From Glycera tridactyla (Eukaryota): a DNA stretch of 64,000 bases. The translations under genes and the position numbers were made by a program. The stretch covers positions 89,094,001-89,158,000 of the forward strand of contig OZ286460.1 of NCBI GenBank assembly GCA_965644265.1, written 5' to 3'. Under the pieces are notes generated by a model. The model saw only the letters and a list, made by a program, of their open reading frames with translations. It searched no databases and had not been told where the DNA came from. Of this stretch, positions 24,287 through 36,194 are shown piece by piece; position 1 is the first letter of the stretch; every line of letters starts with the position of its first letter.

Positions 24287-26683
24287 GCGTTACCTGTTTT
24301 CTTTTTCCCTGAAACAAGAGAACGTGATTATGCTGTATGTGTCTCTAGATGAATGAAATAGAAATAACTTGGTCCAAAGGGGCAGCATCATATACTAGTC
24401 TATGGGGAAAACCTGGTCACCCTAAATGCTGTGTTCTGCCGTTATTGAATAAGAAAGCTTGGGATTAGAAATTTGCTTATAGCCACAGACCAATTCATCT
24501 GGAAACCATTGGGAGATACCCATCACCTATAAACATTGTCATAGGGAAATGTAGCAAGACTAGCAGTGTCTTTGAGATCCTTAGCATATTGATGTGGGTG
24601 TCTTCATCAGTGTTGTGTATAATGCTAAATTATTTATGGCGTATAGAATCATCATGGGAGAAGCTGTATCCCTAGACACATTTTTCAGGAAGGCCAAATC
24701 CTCCTCCAGGATCCGATCACACAACAGTGGCAACACCCTTCAACACTACCTGCCCTATGGCTACATAAACAACTTCACTTATACTCACCGTGAGTGAAAT
24801 TCCCTCCCTGTTCACATATTCAATGCTCCAAGGTGGTCTTTATAGGAAGATTCGACTGTATTTCTCATAGTAGGTACACCCTATAAGACAGCTCCACATG
24901 CTAACACACCAAGAGCCCCATTGACTTTGTACAGGAGGGGTCCATGATGAGGGACATAAAGCCAGATGGACAATTCTGTGCTGCTGTTATCTGGGAAAAC
25001 AACCCGAATGTCAGAAACTATGTTTCTCTTGTTATCCACTGGATAGAAAAAGGAAAGATCTCTGGATTCTATACAAAACTTGGAAGATTTTGAGATGATG
25101 TTTGTTACAGAAAATGTTGAAGGGTATGTGGGTAGGGGCTGCATCTTATCAGCATGCTGTGTGATTCCTCTGATCTTGATGAAGCGGAACATTTTGGGAT
25201 GGAGACTGCCTGAAGATGGCCGGTTGATGACTTTATGGCCCTGTTCACAGCTGCTGACTCTCTACCAGCCACATCAATTTATGAAATTCATTAGATTGGC
25301 TGTCATTTCAGTTGTGTGTCTCAATGTGATGCAGAGGGGGATGTTCAACTGGCTTGATGAAGTCCATCCGGTGATCTGAACCACCCGCTGTTGGTGCCAA
25401 TGTCCGTCATAAACAGTGCCCACTTCCCTCCAAATCCCTTTAGTTTGTTGTTTTTTAATGCATATTTTGACAATTTGTATTGGGACCATCATGGAATTGG
25501 ATTTAGTATCTCAATCTATGGAAGCTCATTTTGACGGAGAATGTTTTTTCATTCAAATATATTATTTCAATCTATATAAGTTCATTTTGATGGAGATTGT
25601 TTTTTCATTCAAATATATTGAGACGTTTGAATTAAATGTCTCTGAAAATGTACTCGGCTCAATAGTTTGCATTGCATACCCCAGAGATAGCACACGGAGC
25701 CAGATTTGGTGTGTAACTTATTTTGTCGGAGTGGACCACCTATGCTACCATCTATGCTCCTATGGTATGCATGTGTGTGTTACTTCAGCAAGGGCCATGG
25801 CGGCATGAGCAGGTGATCAGGTGATGACCCATAAATTAATTGTAAGCCTGCAGAGTTCGAGCAAGATGGCGACCGTGTAGCATCGCACGTGGAGCACGGA
25901 GCAGTTGAATCGGATTATGCGTTAATTACAGGACTCATAGGAATTCATACTAGTTCATATCCACGGATTATGGTACAGGGAATCGCGTCAAGTCAGGATT
26001 TGAGTGGACACTGGATCATCAGTTGAGGATTTAAAGGATTAATTGTAGAGCATTGGCTGCACATGTTGGGACTGCAGTGATGGTGTCGCAGCGGAAGGGC
26101 TCCCTCTGGTGAGGGCCAGGAGCACTGTCCGAATCTCGCGAGATCTCAATGTTATGAAGGATGTACATGGATGGTGTGATGTCTCAGTGACTGGCTTATA
26201 AAACTGGACTCTAAAGGTAGAAATTGGCTTATCCCAAAAAGACCGGTGGTGGTGATATAAGTACAGATGGCTTGTTAATCTGCAGTAAGCTTACTTGGAC
26301 ACTCAAGGGTGACGGACACTCAATGGTGATGGTCTGCTGGATAACTCTGCTTTGCTAAATGTTGTTAAATGTTGTGCTTTTGGTGAAGGTGCTTTGGGGC
26401 AACTGCTGTATAAGCTGATCTTGTGGCGACGTGTGTGGACAGTATACACCCTCATCCAGTATACGCGCATTGGGGACAAGTATTGATAGTTATGGACTGG
26501 TTATGGTGATGGGTTTGTGGTGCTAGTCATTTAGCACCTCTAGGGTCCCTTCCAGTTTCGAGGGGGTACAATACACTGTTAATAGGACTGTTAACTCCAG
26601 TTGTTGTTACTAGTCGCTTCATACAGGATAGTGGACGGGGGTACTGGTCTGTTTGTCATCAGTGCCACTGATGAGTGATCAAG

Positions 26684-28100
26684 ATGGCTGATACAGTTCA
26701 CAAATTCAAGTTGCTGCAGTGGGGGGCTGGACTCAGCTCTGGTTACGCAGTGATACGGGCGTTAGAGGAAAAAGGATGCATCATCCAGGCAAAGCTGGTA
26801 GGGTCAGCCTACCAGATTACGAGCAACGACTCGGAGACAGTGGAACGTTTGAGGAATCTGGAGGAGCTGGAAGGAAATCAAGTGAAGTTGGAGGAGATCA
26901 GGCCAGAACTGCGTACATCAATTCTCGTCATCATGGGAGTGCCAACAGATGTGCCAGACGCAGCCATCACAGAACATGTAGAGACAGCCTTCAAGGCCAC
27001 CAGGATCATGGCGTTCAACAAGGAGACCAAAGAGAAGTGTGCCACGAGGAGTGTGAAGGTGTGGGTGAAAGGGGAACCGCCACAGGAAGTCCGCCTAGGT
27101 GCACTGGGAAAGTTCAGAACCAGATTGTTTATTCCGGAACCAACCAGATGCTACAAATGCCAGCGTTTCGGGCACATGGGGCGGGACTGCAGAGGGTACG
27201 AGCGCTGCTCGATCTGCAGTCAGCGACACCGGTCAGAGGAATGCCTGGCGAAGCAGAGGGCCAACATCCCGGTGGAACAGAAATGTGTGAATTGCGAGGG
27301 GGAGCACCCATCAAATTCGGTGAGATGCCAAGTGTACCAGGAAAAGGCGGAGCAAACCAAACACAGGTTCCTATCAACGCACCAAGATGTTCAGCAGGGA
27401 AAAGAGTCCAGCCAAGAAGATCAGCCACCCCCCATGAGTGCCATGCATTACCCAGGACTCGGTCAGCAACAAGCAAAGGCGCCAGCTACCATGGCACCGG
27501 CACAGACACAGGCATGGGGACAGACAGGAGTTATGACGTTGACAGGAGGGAGCACAGCGACAGCGACAGGACAACACCCGGAACCGGTCGTCATGATGAA
27601 AATGAGCACCCTGACAAGCCTTCTAGAGGGGATAGCGGCAATGATTGTGTCGGCGGTGAGAGAACCAGAGAGAGCGCCAGAGACAGTGCAGAGGGTGTTG
27701 GGAAACATTACGGAGAAAATCCTAAACGGAGAGGATCCACAGGAACCAAACAGCCAACATCTGCGTGCAGAGCTGGCCATGACACAGCGAGCGGGCACAC
27801 CGCTGGACAGGAGCATACAAGAGGAAATGGAGTACATGGAGCAAAGGAAACGCGTACAGGAAGAGGACGAGGAAGAAGGGGGCACGATCGAAGACAACAC
27901 CAAGCAGAGGAGAGCGAACACTCCCAAGAAAGGAACATCCAGCGACAACAGCAATACACAGAAGCTGAAGCTGAAGCCCGGCCACATGACAGGGAAACAA
28001 GGACTGGCCAAGAACCTCGGAACACATTTCAAAGACATGGCAGCGGAGAAAGTAGAGAAACAGGAGAAGCAAGAGGGGGAGAGAAGGGAGGACGAGATAT
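26684..28100 (+). CDS. LINE ORF1, Gag-like nucleic-acid-binding protein with three zinc knuckles
   Basis: ATG at 26684. Knuckles are CYKCQRFGHMGRDC, CSICSQRHRSEEC and CVNCEGEHPSNSVRC. The native end is ...REDEI-stop once the insertion is removed (T28100+AA29842-3 = TAA). The tail to 28201 in the ORF track is read-through into the inserted element. Confidence 0.9.
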
Positions 28101-29837
28101 GGCCAATTCTCCGAAATTGGGGCCAGCTACCGAAAAATGTATCTTATGTAAATTCAGCAGCTTTCAACCAGAATTTGGACATGGTGACTGATGTAATGTG
28201 ATGCAAACAATAGTTGGTCCAATTTTGATAAGAATATCTCTAATTTTGGTGAAGTTAGAGGCAATTTAATGGCCAAAATTGGCCATTTTTGACCACACAA
28301 AACGTAACACCAGACCCCACCCTACTTTGGTGATGTGCTATATCAAATTGAGATAATCCCAAGATCTCAAACATACTCAGTCTTGACAATCGATAGCAGG
28401 GCTTCATTTTACAACCTTGGGACATGTCAAATGTTAGAGATAAATAGCTCCCTGATATCTCTGAACTGCGTCACAGTATGTTACTACCATTCCGTCAATT
28501 TTTGAGTGCAAGTTCACCATTCAATCCCACTGATTTCTGCTATGAATCAACTCATGTATCACCATCAGATCATTTGAAAATATTGTTACAATGACCAACC
28601 CAGTGCTCAAAAAAATCAACAAGGTGATAAACAACCTCTAAAAAATGATTTGGCACTTAAAGGTTGACATTTCCGTCAATGGATAACATACCTATGGTCA
28701 GAGTTTTAGCATGTTTACAAGCAACAGGTGCCATCTTGGATTGATCACTCCTTTAAATGTGATCCCCATGCATTCATGACACGACATATTTTTCCGGTTT
28801 AGTTCATAATTTGGTTTATAGTTGATAAAAAAAGTGCATGAATGTCAATTGAAAAATTATAGTAACATGCAAACTTTGCATAACATACATATACACTAGG
28901 TGATACTAAGCCAAGGGATCTCAGGATAAAGTTGACCTTGTTGGACGGTTGCTCAACATTTGGATGATCCATGCTTTTTCATCCACTGATGGTCACAAAT
29001 GATCACTGTGGTATAGGAATATGGATGATGTGAGCATATGTATGTTATTTTGACATAATCTGCACGAGCTACAACCCAATATGTATGTTATCCTTGACTT
29101 TTTTTCTTGAGAGTGGTCATATAAAATCAGATAACTTGGAAAGTCCAAATGTTTTCAAGCCTATTCAATGATATTATGTAAATTTGAATTACTGTGAAGA
29201 TAAATGTAGCTACTAGCTACTTTTGGTGGCAATTACTGAATGAAATTTACATGAGATAACTCGGGTGTAAAAAAATGGCGTCAGCAGTAACATACGTCAC
29301 ATAAAATAACATACATATAAGATGATGTTCATTACTTCCCAACTTTTCCAGAGAATGACAAAACCCTGTTCCCATCATCTCATCAATATGTATTCAATTG
29401 GAATAATGAGTTTGGTACTTATGCTTATTGTAATTGCTTAGAAAAAAAAACTTAAAGACAGCGCCTGAGGATTGAGGACGGACATTGTATTTCTGGCTCA
29501 AATCTTTTTGAATGACTGACCTTGAGAAGGAAATCAGTAGTGTAGAATGACATCTTGGAACAAAGTTTATTGATTTATAATGATAAATGTTAATTCAGAG
29601 CAATTTATGAGTGTTTTTGAGAGATTCTTATAAAAAAGTAACATACGCAACGGTTGACGACCCCCACTCATGAAAACAGTGATAATTATTTTTTGGCTCA
29701 GCAGATCTCCCTGATTTTTTTGGTATAAAGACCCAACAAGTGTTGGAACTGTATGGCAATAATGGTTTATCAAACAGGATTGTTTGAAAAAGTGACCATA
29801 TCTGCCATTTTTTGGCCCCAATTTGGGAGAATTGGCC
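28101..29837. mobile_element. Non-autonomous TIR DNA transposon nested in the LINE (ATAT TSD; superfamily uncertain, Sola-like possible)
   Basis: 25-bp TIR GGCCAATTCTCC(G/C)AAATTGGGGCCA, 24/25 identical. Flanked by ATAT at 28097-28100 and 29838-29841; a TA-TSD reading is also possible. The interior is AT-rich with no long ORF and contrasts sharply with LINE composition. Confidence 0.88.
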
Positions 29838-29841
29838 ATAT

Positions 29842-32800
29842 AACAACACCACAACCACAAGATGCTGGGCTGGGGGGGTTGGTCACTCGCCTGGCGTCCA
29901 GAATCAACATCACCAGGGATGCAGGGAATCAGGCTGTCGAAGCTGCCCCCTGCAGGTCAGTGAGAGAGCAACCCGGGCAGAAGATCAGTGTACTCCAGTG
30001 GAATGTCAGAGGCATGAGGGAGGCGAGGAAGAAAGCATATGTGGCAGCAATGGTATTGCAGGAAGACCCGGAAATTTTGCTCCTACAGGAGACAAATATG
30101 ACACCGGACACTGTATGGAAACTGAGTGGGTACACGGTTTACCACAAACCAGACGTACGCGGTCTGGTGACTGCCATCAAATCCACCATTAAGTCCAACG
30201 AGGTACAGTATATCATCCCGGCGGGACAAGGAGTAGAATGTCAAGCCGTAGACCTGGAGCTGAAAGACGGACCTCTGCGAGTATACAACTTGTATCGGAA
30301 CTGCAACCCGGAAAGACAAGCTGTCCTGACCCCAGGCCCCCTTTTGCACTCAGTCCAGCAGCAGCGATCTCTTATGGGGGGCGATTTCAATGCGCACAGC
30401 ACGCTATGGGGCTCTCCGGCCAACAGAAGATGCAGGACAGGGCAACAACTGACAGATGAGCTGGAAAATTCAGATATAGTAGTCCTTAACTCAGGGGAGG
30501 CTACCCATAAAGATGGCGGACAGCTGGACATAACGATGGTTACAGCCGAACTTGCGCCCCAGGCCACATGGAAAGTCAACACCGCCCTACTTACAGATCA
30601 TTGGGCAATTTCGATTACGCTGGGTGTTAAAAAGGCCCCTTTACCTCCAAGACCAACAAGGCGAAACTTCAGGAAAGCGGATTGGTCGCTCTACAGGACA
30701 GTGCTATCAGATTGGGCCCAATTATTCCAGCACCCGGAGGATCTCGATGAACATGAGCTTGCGGTCGTTAAAGCAGTCACTGAGGCGGCGGACTTGGCCA
30801 TCCCACTGACCAAGGAGGGCAGGCCAGACAGGAAAAACCGCTGGTATGAGACTGACAGAGTGCAGGAGCTTAGAAACCGAGTAAATCAGCACAACAAACT
30901 GGTGAAACGGCAACCGATCGAGGAGAACAAAAGGAGGGCAAGAGAGGCTCAGCAGCACGCAGAACAGGTTTGCCTGGAGGCCAGGATGGACAAATGGTTG
31001 GAGTGGTGTGCGTCCTTCAACCAACACACCAGCCTGTCCTCCATGTGGGCCAAGCTGAAACAGGCAAGTGGAAACCATGTCCAAGACCCAGTCCTACCTA
31101 ATCCGCGTGAGGAAGCAAACCGTCTGATTGAGGAATTCAGTGGACGGTCAGCCTCCGGGGTATTACCAGAAAGGACGAGAGCAGAGATGACAGACCGACA
31201 AGCACAGAGAATCGCTGACACAACAGCTGCCACGGACACACTTGACCCAGAAACAGACAGACCATTCACCAGGGGTGAGATGAAAAGGGCCATAAAGTCT
31301 GCATCTACAGCACCAGGTCTAGATGGGATCACGCACAATATGATTTTTGAGGCCGGGGAGGAGGCGCAGTCGGCTCTACTAGACTTGGTCAACCACTCCT
31401 TCATGAAGCGCAGACTGGTCAAGAAATGGAAACAGGCGGAAATCATTGCCCTCCCAAAACCAGGTCAACCAGGGAAATTCCGCCCCATTTCTCTCCTCTC
31501 ATGCCTGGCAAAGACAATGGAAAGGATGGTGCTGAACAGGCTGAAATGGAGACTAGGGAAGCCACATTCACACGTACTGGGGTTCAAAGCAGGAGCAGGC
31601 ACCTCAGATGCCATAGCAGCGCTGCTGATGCAGGTTACGAATTTCACACGTCCGGTAGACAAGTATGTGGTTTTTCTGGACTTGGAGAAAGCATTCGAGC
31701 TAGCCAACAAGGATGTCATTACAAGTGTATTAGCGTCAGGAGGAGTGAGAGGAAACCTGTTGGCCTGGATCAGAGATTTCCTGGAGGACAGATCAGCCAC
31801 GGTGAAGTTCCAGGGAGTGCAATCAGAGGCTAAACTGTTTGAAAATGGCACTCCACAGGGGTCGGTACTTAGTCCCACCCTTTTCAACCGACTCATGGAG
31901 GTTGTTGTCGCCATGGACTTGCCACAAGGAGTTGTGATTTACAGCTACGCGGACGATCTGGTGATTGTTTCCACCGGGGAGAACGCGTTGGCCAATATGG
32001 AAGAGGCGCTTGTACGGATAAATGGCAAAATCACGGAACTCGGACTCAAAGCTTCACCGGAAAAGACAAAGGCAATGGCGTTTTCCACACCAGACCCGAA
32101 TGCCAGGCTCAGCATCGGAGTTTTGGAGATAGACTGGGTGAGGAGCTACAAATATCTTGGAGTAATCATAGATAAGATGCTCTCATTCAAAGAACACGTG
32201 TCCTACATCACAACTAGAGTGAGGAAGAGGTTGAACCTCATGAGAGACATGACTTCATGGAAGAGTGGAGCCACAGCAGAAGTTCTGAAAGCTTTTTTCA
32301 CGGCCTGCATCAGATCCATCATCGACTACGCAGCTCCCGTACTGATACTAGCGGATCCGAGGACAATCATGACACTGGACAAACTGCAAAACGTGGCCCT
32401 GCGGCATATCCTCGGAGCCCCGAGGTGGACAAAGATAACGACCATGCAGGAAGAGGCTCATCTGATTCCAATAGAGTTCAGGCTATATGAAATGGTATGT
32501 GGTCTGGGGATTAAAAACCTCATGTCCTCGGAGGAGTTGCCCGCGAAAGAGCAGCTGATCAGAGCTGTCACCGAACAAAGAAGGCATCCTGCTTCTTTCT
32601 GGCCAGTGAAGGTGGCCAACACACTCAGGCTTTGCTCGCCTCGACAGGGAATTGAATTCCAGGAGGATCTCCCTGCCATCCAACAGAGGCCACCATGGGA
32701 GGATCCACCTGGAAAGTTTGTCATGGAAACTCCGGAAACGAGCAAAAAACTGGCCGACAAGGGGAAACTAGCGGCAAAAGCATCTAGCCGCATCACCAGG

Positions 32801-33685
32801 CTGGATGTCGGCAAGGAGGCTATTTACTACACAGACGGGTCAGTTTCACCAGTGACGCGGAGAGCAGGAGCAGGGGTGATAGAAATTCAGAAGGGTCCAG
32901 AACTGGAAACAACCACAGAAACTGCGGTAAGACTGACGGATGGGGTATCATCAATGCAGGCTGAGCTAGTTGCCATCACATTGGCCCTCACCATGGCTGC
33001 GGCCAGCCACCTCAGACATGTGGTAGTGCACACTGACTCCTTGGCATCATTACAGGCCCTTCAACAGCACTGGCCAAAGGACAACCGAGATCTGATCACC
33101 ACAGCACAGACCAAAATCCAGGACTTGATTGACGAAGGGGGCTCAGTCACGCTGAACTGGATTCCAAGTCACATAGGCCTTCCAATGAATGATAAGGCGG
33201 ATGCGGCAGCACTCGCAGGCTCCCTGATAAACAGGGCACCGCTCAAGGTCAAGCCCAGCCGTAGCAGCCTAACGAAGGACTTCACCCACAGGGCAAGACA
33301 AATTTGGAGTAGGAGAGTGGATCTGGTAGCAAATCAGTCCCCGTCCATATCCTGGCACAGAGCAGCTACAGGGGGAAAGCAGATACGATTCCCACGAACA
33401 GTCAGAAGACAGAGCGAGGTAGCAATATACAGACTGAGATTAGGTTATAGGTGCAGATGGCAGATACAGAACCCGGTGGTGAGAGAGTGTGAAGAGTGTG
33501 GCCAAGATACTGATCGCCCACTGGTACATTTTCTTGCAGAGTGCGAGGCGTCGAGTAGGATATTTGGAGTTCGAGTTACAAGGGGGGAGGACATCCTCAA
33601 CAGGGCAACGCGGGTTGTGAGGAACGGATGCAGCAATCTAGCAGAGCTGGCCGATAGACTCCGACACAGCAAGCCACCACGGTAG
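29842..33685 (+). CDS. LINE ORF2: AP endonuclease - reverse transcriptase - RNase H - C-terminal CCHC
   Basis: Stop-free. APE motifs QWNVRG, LLQET, GDFNAH, TDH. RT motifs APGLDGI, FRPISLLSC, FLDLEKAF, GTPQGSVLSP, YADD, YKYLG. RNase H motifs YTDGS, AELVAI, TDS, WIPSH..NDKAD. CCHC motif CEECG...HFLAEC. Track positions 29753-29841 derive from the inserted element and its TSD. Confidence 0.95.
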
Positions 33686-34024
33686 AGGATCGCCAGAGGA
33701 CCAGACTCAGTACAGACTTTTAAATCAGTATAGAAATACGGTCAAGGCAAGACGGTATAATTAGACACTGCAATAGGATTACGGATTTCGGAGGGCAAGT
33801 CTATGACAGTGGCCCGTCCCTCCCTCGACATCTACGAGTTGAGCCCAGGGAGAACCACCAACCAACCTACCAACCAACCTTGTAAGCCTGCTTTGCATAA
33901 ATGAAGCATGGTCTGGGAGTTTATTCAGCAATCCTACGATGTCACGCCATTGAAACATGACATAAAAGCAGAGAAGCGCTTGCTTCTTCCTATCACAATG
34001 GCAGACATGAAATTAGGTTCTCAC

Positions 34025-34430
34025 CAACAGGGGTATTCATGAAAAGTCAGTGCACTCTCCAAGTCTGCATGGCACAATCTGTCAAGAAGATTGGCGTGTA
34101 TGCTCATATTGCGTTCGCGAACTGATGGGTCACAGGGAGCAACAATTGTTACGTGAAATTGGTTTGTGTTATAAAGGAATTATGGTATGGTATTTTCACA
34201 TTTATAACACGCTTGGACAATATATTGCTTTCATAATGTATCATGGTAATTTTTTCAGGTGTAACAGAAAGCGCCTGATCCAGTAGCAATAAATCGCTCG
34301 GATCTATATCACTTTCATTAGCCGACGATCCCTTTGCTGCGAGTAGGCAAAATGGCGTCCTCCATGTTTCCATGACAGAAAGGTAAACTGAAACTTAAAT
34401 TGTCGATTCGGTCGCGTTTAGGCTTGATGA
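34025..34430. promoter_or_regulatory. Putative bidirectional promoter region and non-coding first exon(s)
   Basis: Locally CpG-rich, with an AAAATGGCG YY1-like motif at about 34349. A plus-strand donor AAG|GTAAAC at 34382/3 plausibly splices to the acceptor at 36115/6. A minus-strand donor TTG|GTGAGA lies at 34025/4. No TSS data are available. Confidence 0.5.
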
Positions 34431-36194
34431 CTGGATTAACTCATGCCTCACACTGAGAATGTGGATATACTCCAATTGTCCGATTCACCAGTGTTTATAT
34501 ATTTATGGTATGTGCACGTAGGAAGTAGGGAGGTTCGAAATGAGCGAAATTTCAGAATCAACACTGACAAACAGCATCCAGCTGGCAACTGACATAGCGT
34601 CACGCGTGAATGATTTCCCACCAAATGGTGGCCTCTGATCAGTCAGGAAGTTTCTGCTCATTATCTCCTGGAGTTGTCATTGTATCCCTCCCATATCAGA
34701 AATGTGAAGAACTCCAAGTGACCCTCAGAAGTGTTTTGTATAGCATCTAGCATGAATGATTTCCCACCAAATGGTGGCCTCTGATTGGTCAGGAGGTTTC
34801 TGCTCATTGTCTCCTGAAGTATACATTGTATCCCTCTCATATCAGGGAAGTAATGTAGTTTACTAGGCGCAGTTTTTCCCGCTAAATCCTATATACTGAG
34901 AGCTTATAGCCTTGGTTTAGATTCGCGAAAAAAACTTTTTAAATAATGGATTTAGGACCAATTTGATTGCACCATTGGAAAGAGCATGGTAAACTTTGGT
35001 CTACTTGGTAGACCATGAAACTAAACCTTACATGAATGGAGTTGATATTAAAGAGACTGCAAGGTTTGAACTTCCGATACTTAGTCCGCCATCTTTGTTT
35101 ACATAGAAGATTGAATAACCTCGTAAGAGTTTCTATGACATTTAGAATTTGTTGAAGCTTTATTTTGTCATCTAATATGTTAATTTCGTAATTATTGCCA
35201 AACTGACAGTTTCAAAATACGCATGAATCAGTGACATCATCGGAAGTGGGAGACGGTCGAAATGAGGTCAACTATACTCTACCCCATATCAGACCCTCAA
35301 AAGTGATTAGCATAGCATCATGCTTGAATGATTTCCTGCCAAATAGTGGCATGGGACATTGCTAAGCAATTGTAAAGTACTGACATGACAACACAGTTTC
35401 TCATTCTGGGAAGTCCAGTTGCAAGTATTTGAGGTGGAGCAGAATTATATATCATGGAACATGAGCCAAAATACATGATTCGAGATGTTTGAAGTCAAAA
35501 TATTAGGTCTCCTTGTCACAATTTTTTGACAGAAAATGGCAATTTTCAGAAAATTTTGACTAATACACTGAGATTGACATCTTCAAAACTACCAATTGCT
35601 CATTGTTGAAAACTCACTAAGTTCCTGATATATCTAAAAGCCAAAAAGACCTTGAGAAACCCTCTGCCTGGGGCAAGATGCATACAGGATAACAAGCAAT
35701 TTAAAGCTGTTTTTTTGGATGTTATAACTCATCAGTCAACTAGAAATGTTTTGAACATCTGAGGATAGGTCACACATACCTCACCCACTCATAGCATTTG
35801 AAAAAAAGAGGCGATCCTTCGCATGCGAAGGCATTTCAGAGACAGTGATTTGTTTCTTGATTGTAGGGTAGTATGAGAAAAATACTGTATTACAATGTAC
35901 AAAATATGACAAACTTTTCATGTAAGTAATTCCCACAGACATATTCACTTATTTGCTTGAATTGGGAATATTTAGTCAGAAATGAATCATGCCACTACGA
36001 TACGCATCACCAGTATTTAGCCTCCTAAGGCTGAATACACACTCACCCACTTATCCACCCTCCCCCTCATTCACTTGAAACATTGATTGTATCCTATTAC
36101 CTTTCCATCTTTCAGGCCAAATCGTGGCACTGGTATCCTCTAAACTGCACTGCGGAATGAGAGATAATTTTATAATGTTTGAAAGATGCTTTGA

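Larger units (their letters stand above)
25862..33879 (+). mobile_element. Full-length I-group (I/Nimb-like) non-LTR retrotransposon (LINE) with RNase H
   Basis: 12-bp TSD TTGTAAGCCTGC at 25850-25861 and 33880-33891. The 5' end carries CAAGATGGCG (YY1-like), followed by a ~820-nt 5'UTR, ORF1 and ORF2. The 3' tail is (CCAA)n-like. Interrupted by a DNA transposon at 28101-29837. Confidence 0.95.

Noticed and set aside
24880-25380. Coding-looking segment (YVSLVIHWIE, FVTENV) faintly reminiscent of a hAT transposase
   Set aside because: Frames are broken and there is no catalytic motif or TIR; the similarity is too weak to support without a profile search.
28101-28201. ORF1 C-terminus WPILRNWGQ... 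and ORF2 N-terminus MAIMVYQ... (29753-29841) in the ORF track
   Set aside because: Both lie in the inserted TIR element and are read-through artefacts.
27129-33672. Antisense ORFs (up to 191 aa) over the LINE
   Set aside because: Expected shadows of a long, compositionally skewed coding strand; no motifs.
33780-33879. LINE as the mobilising partner of the local SINE-like families
   Set aside because: Only the CCAA/CAAA tail is shared; the SINE GACGTTAAAC 3' motif is absent from the LINE 3' end.
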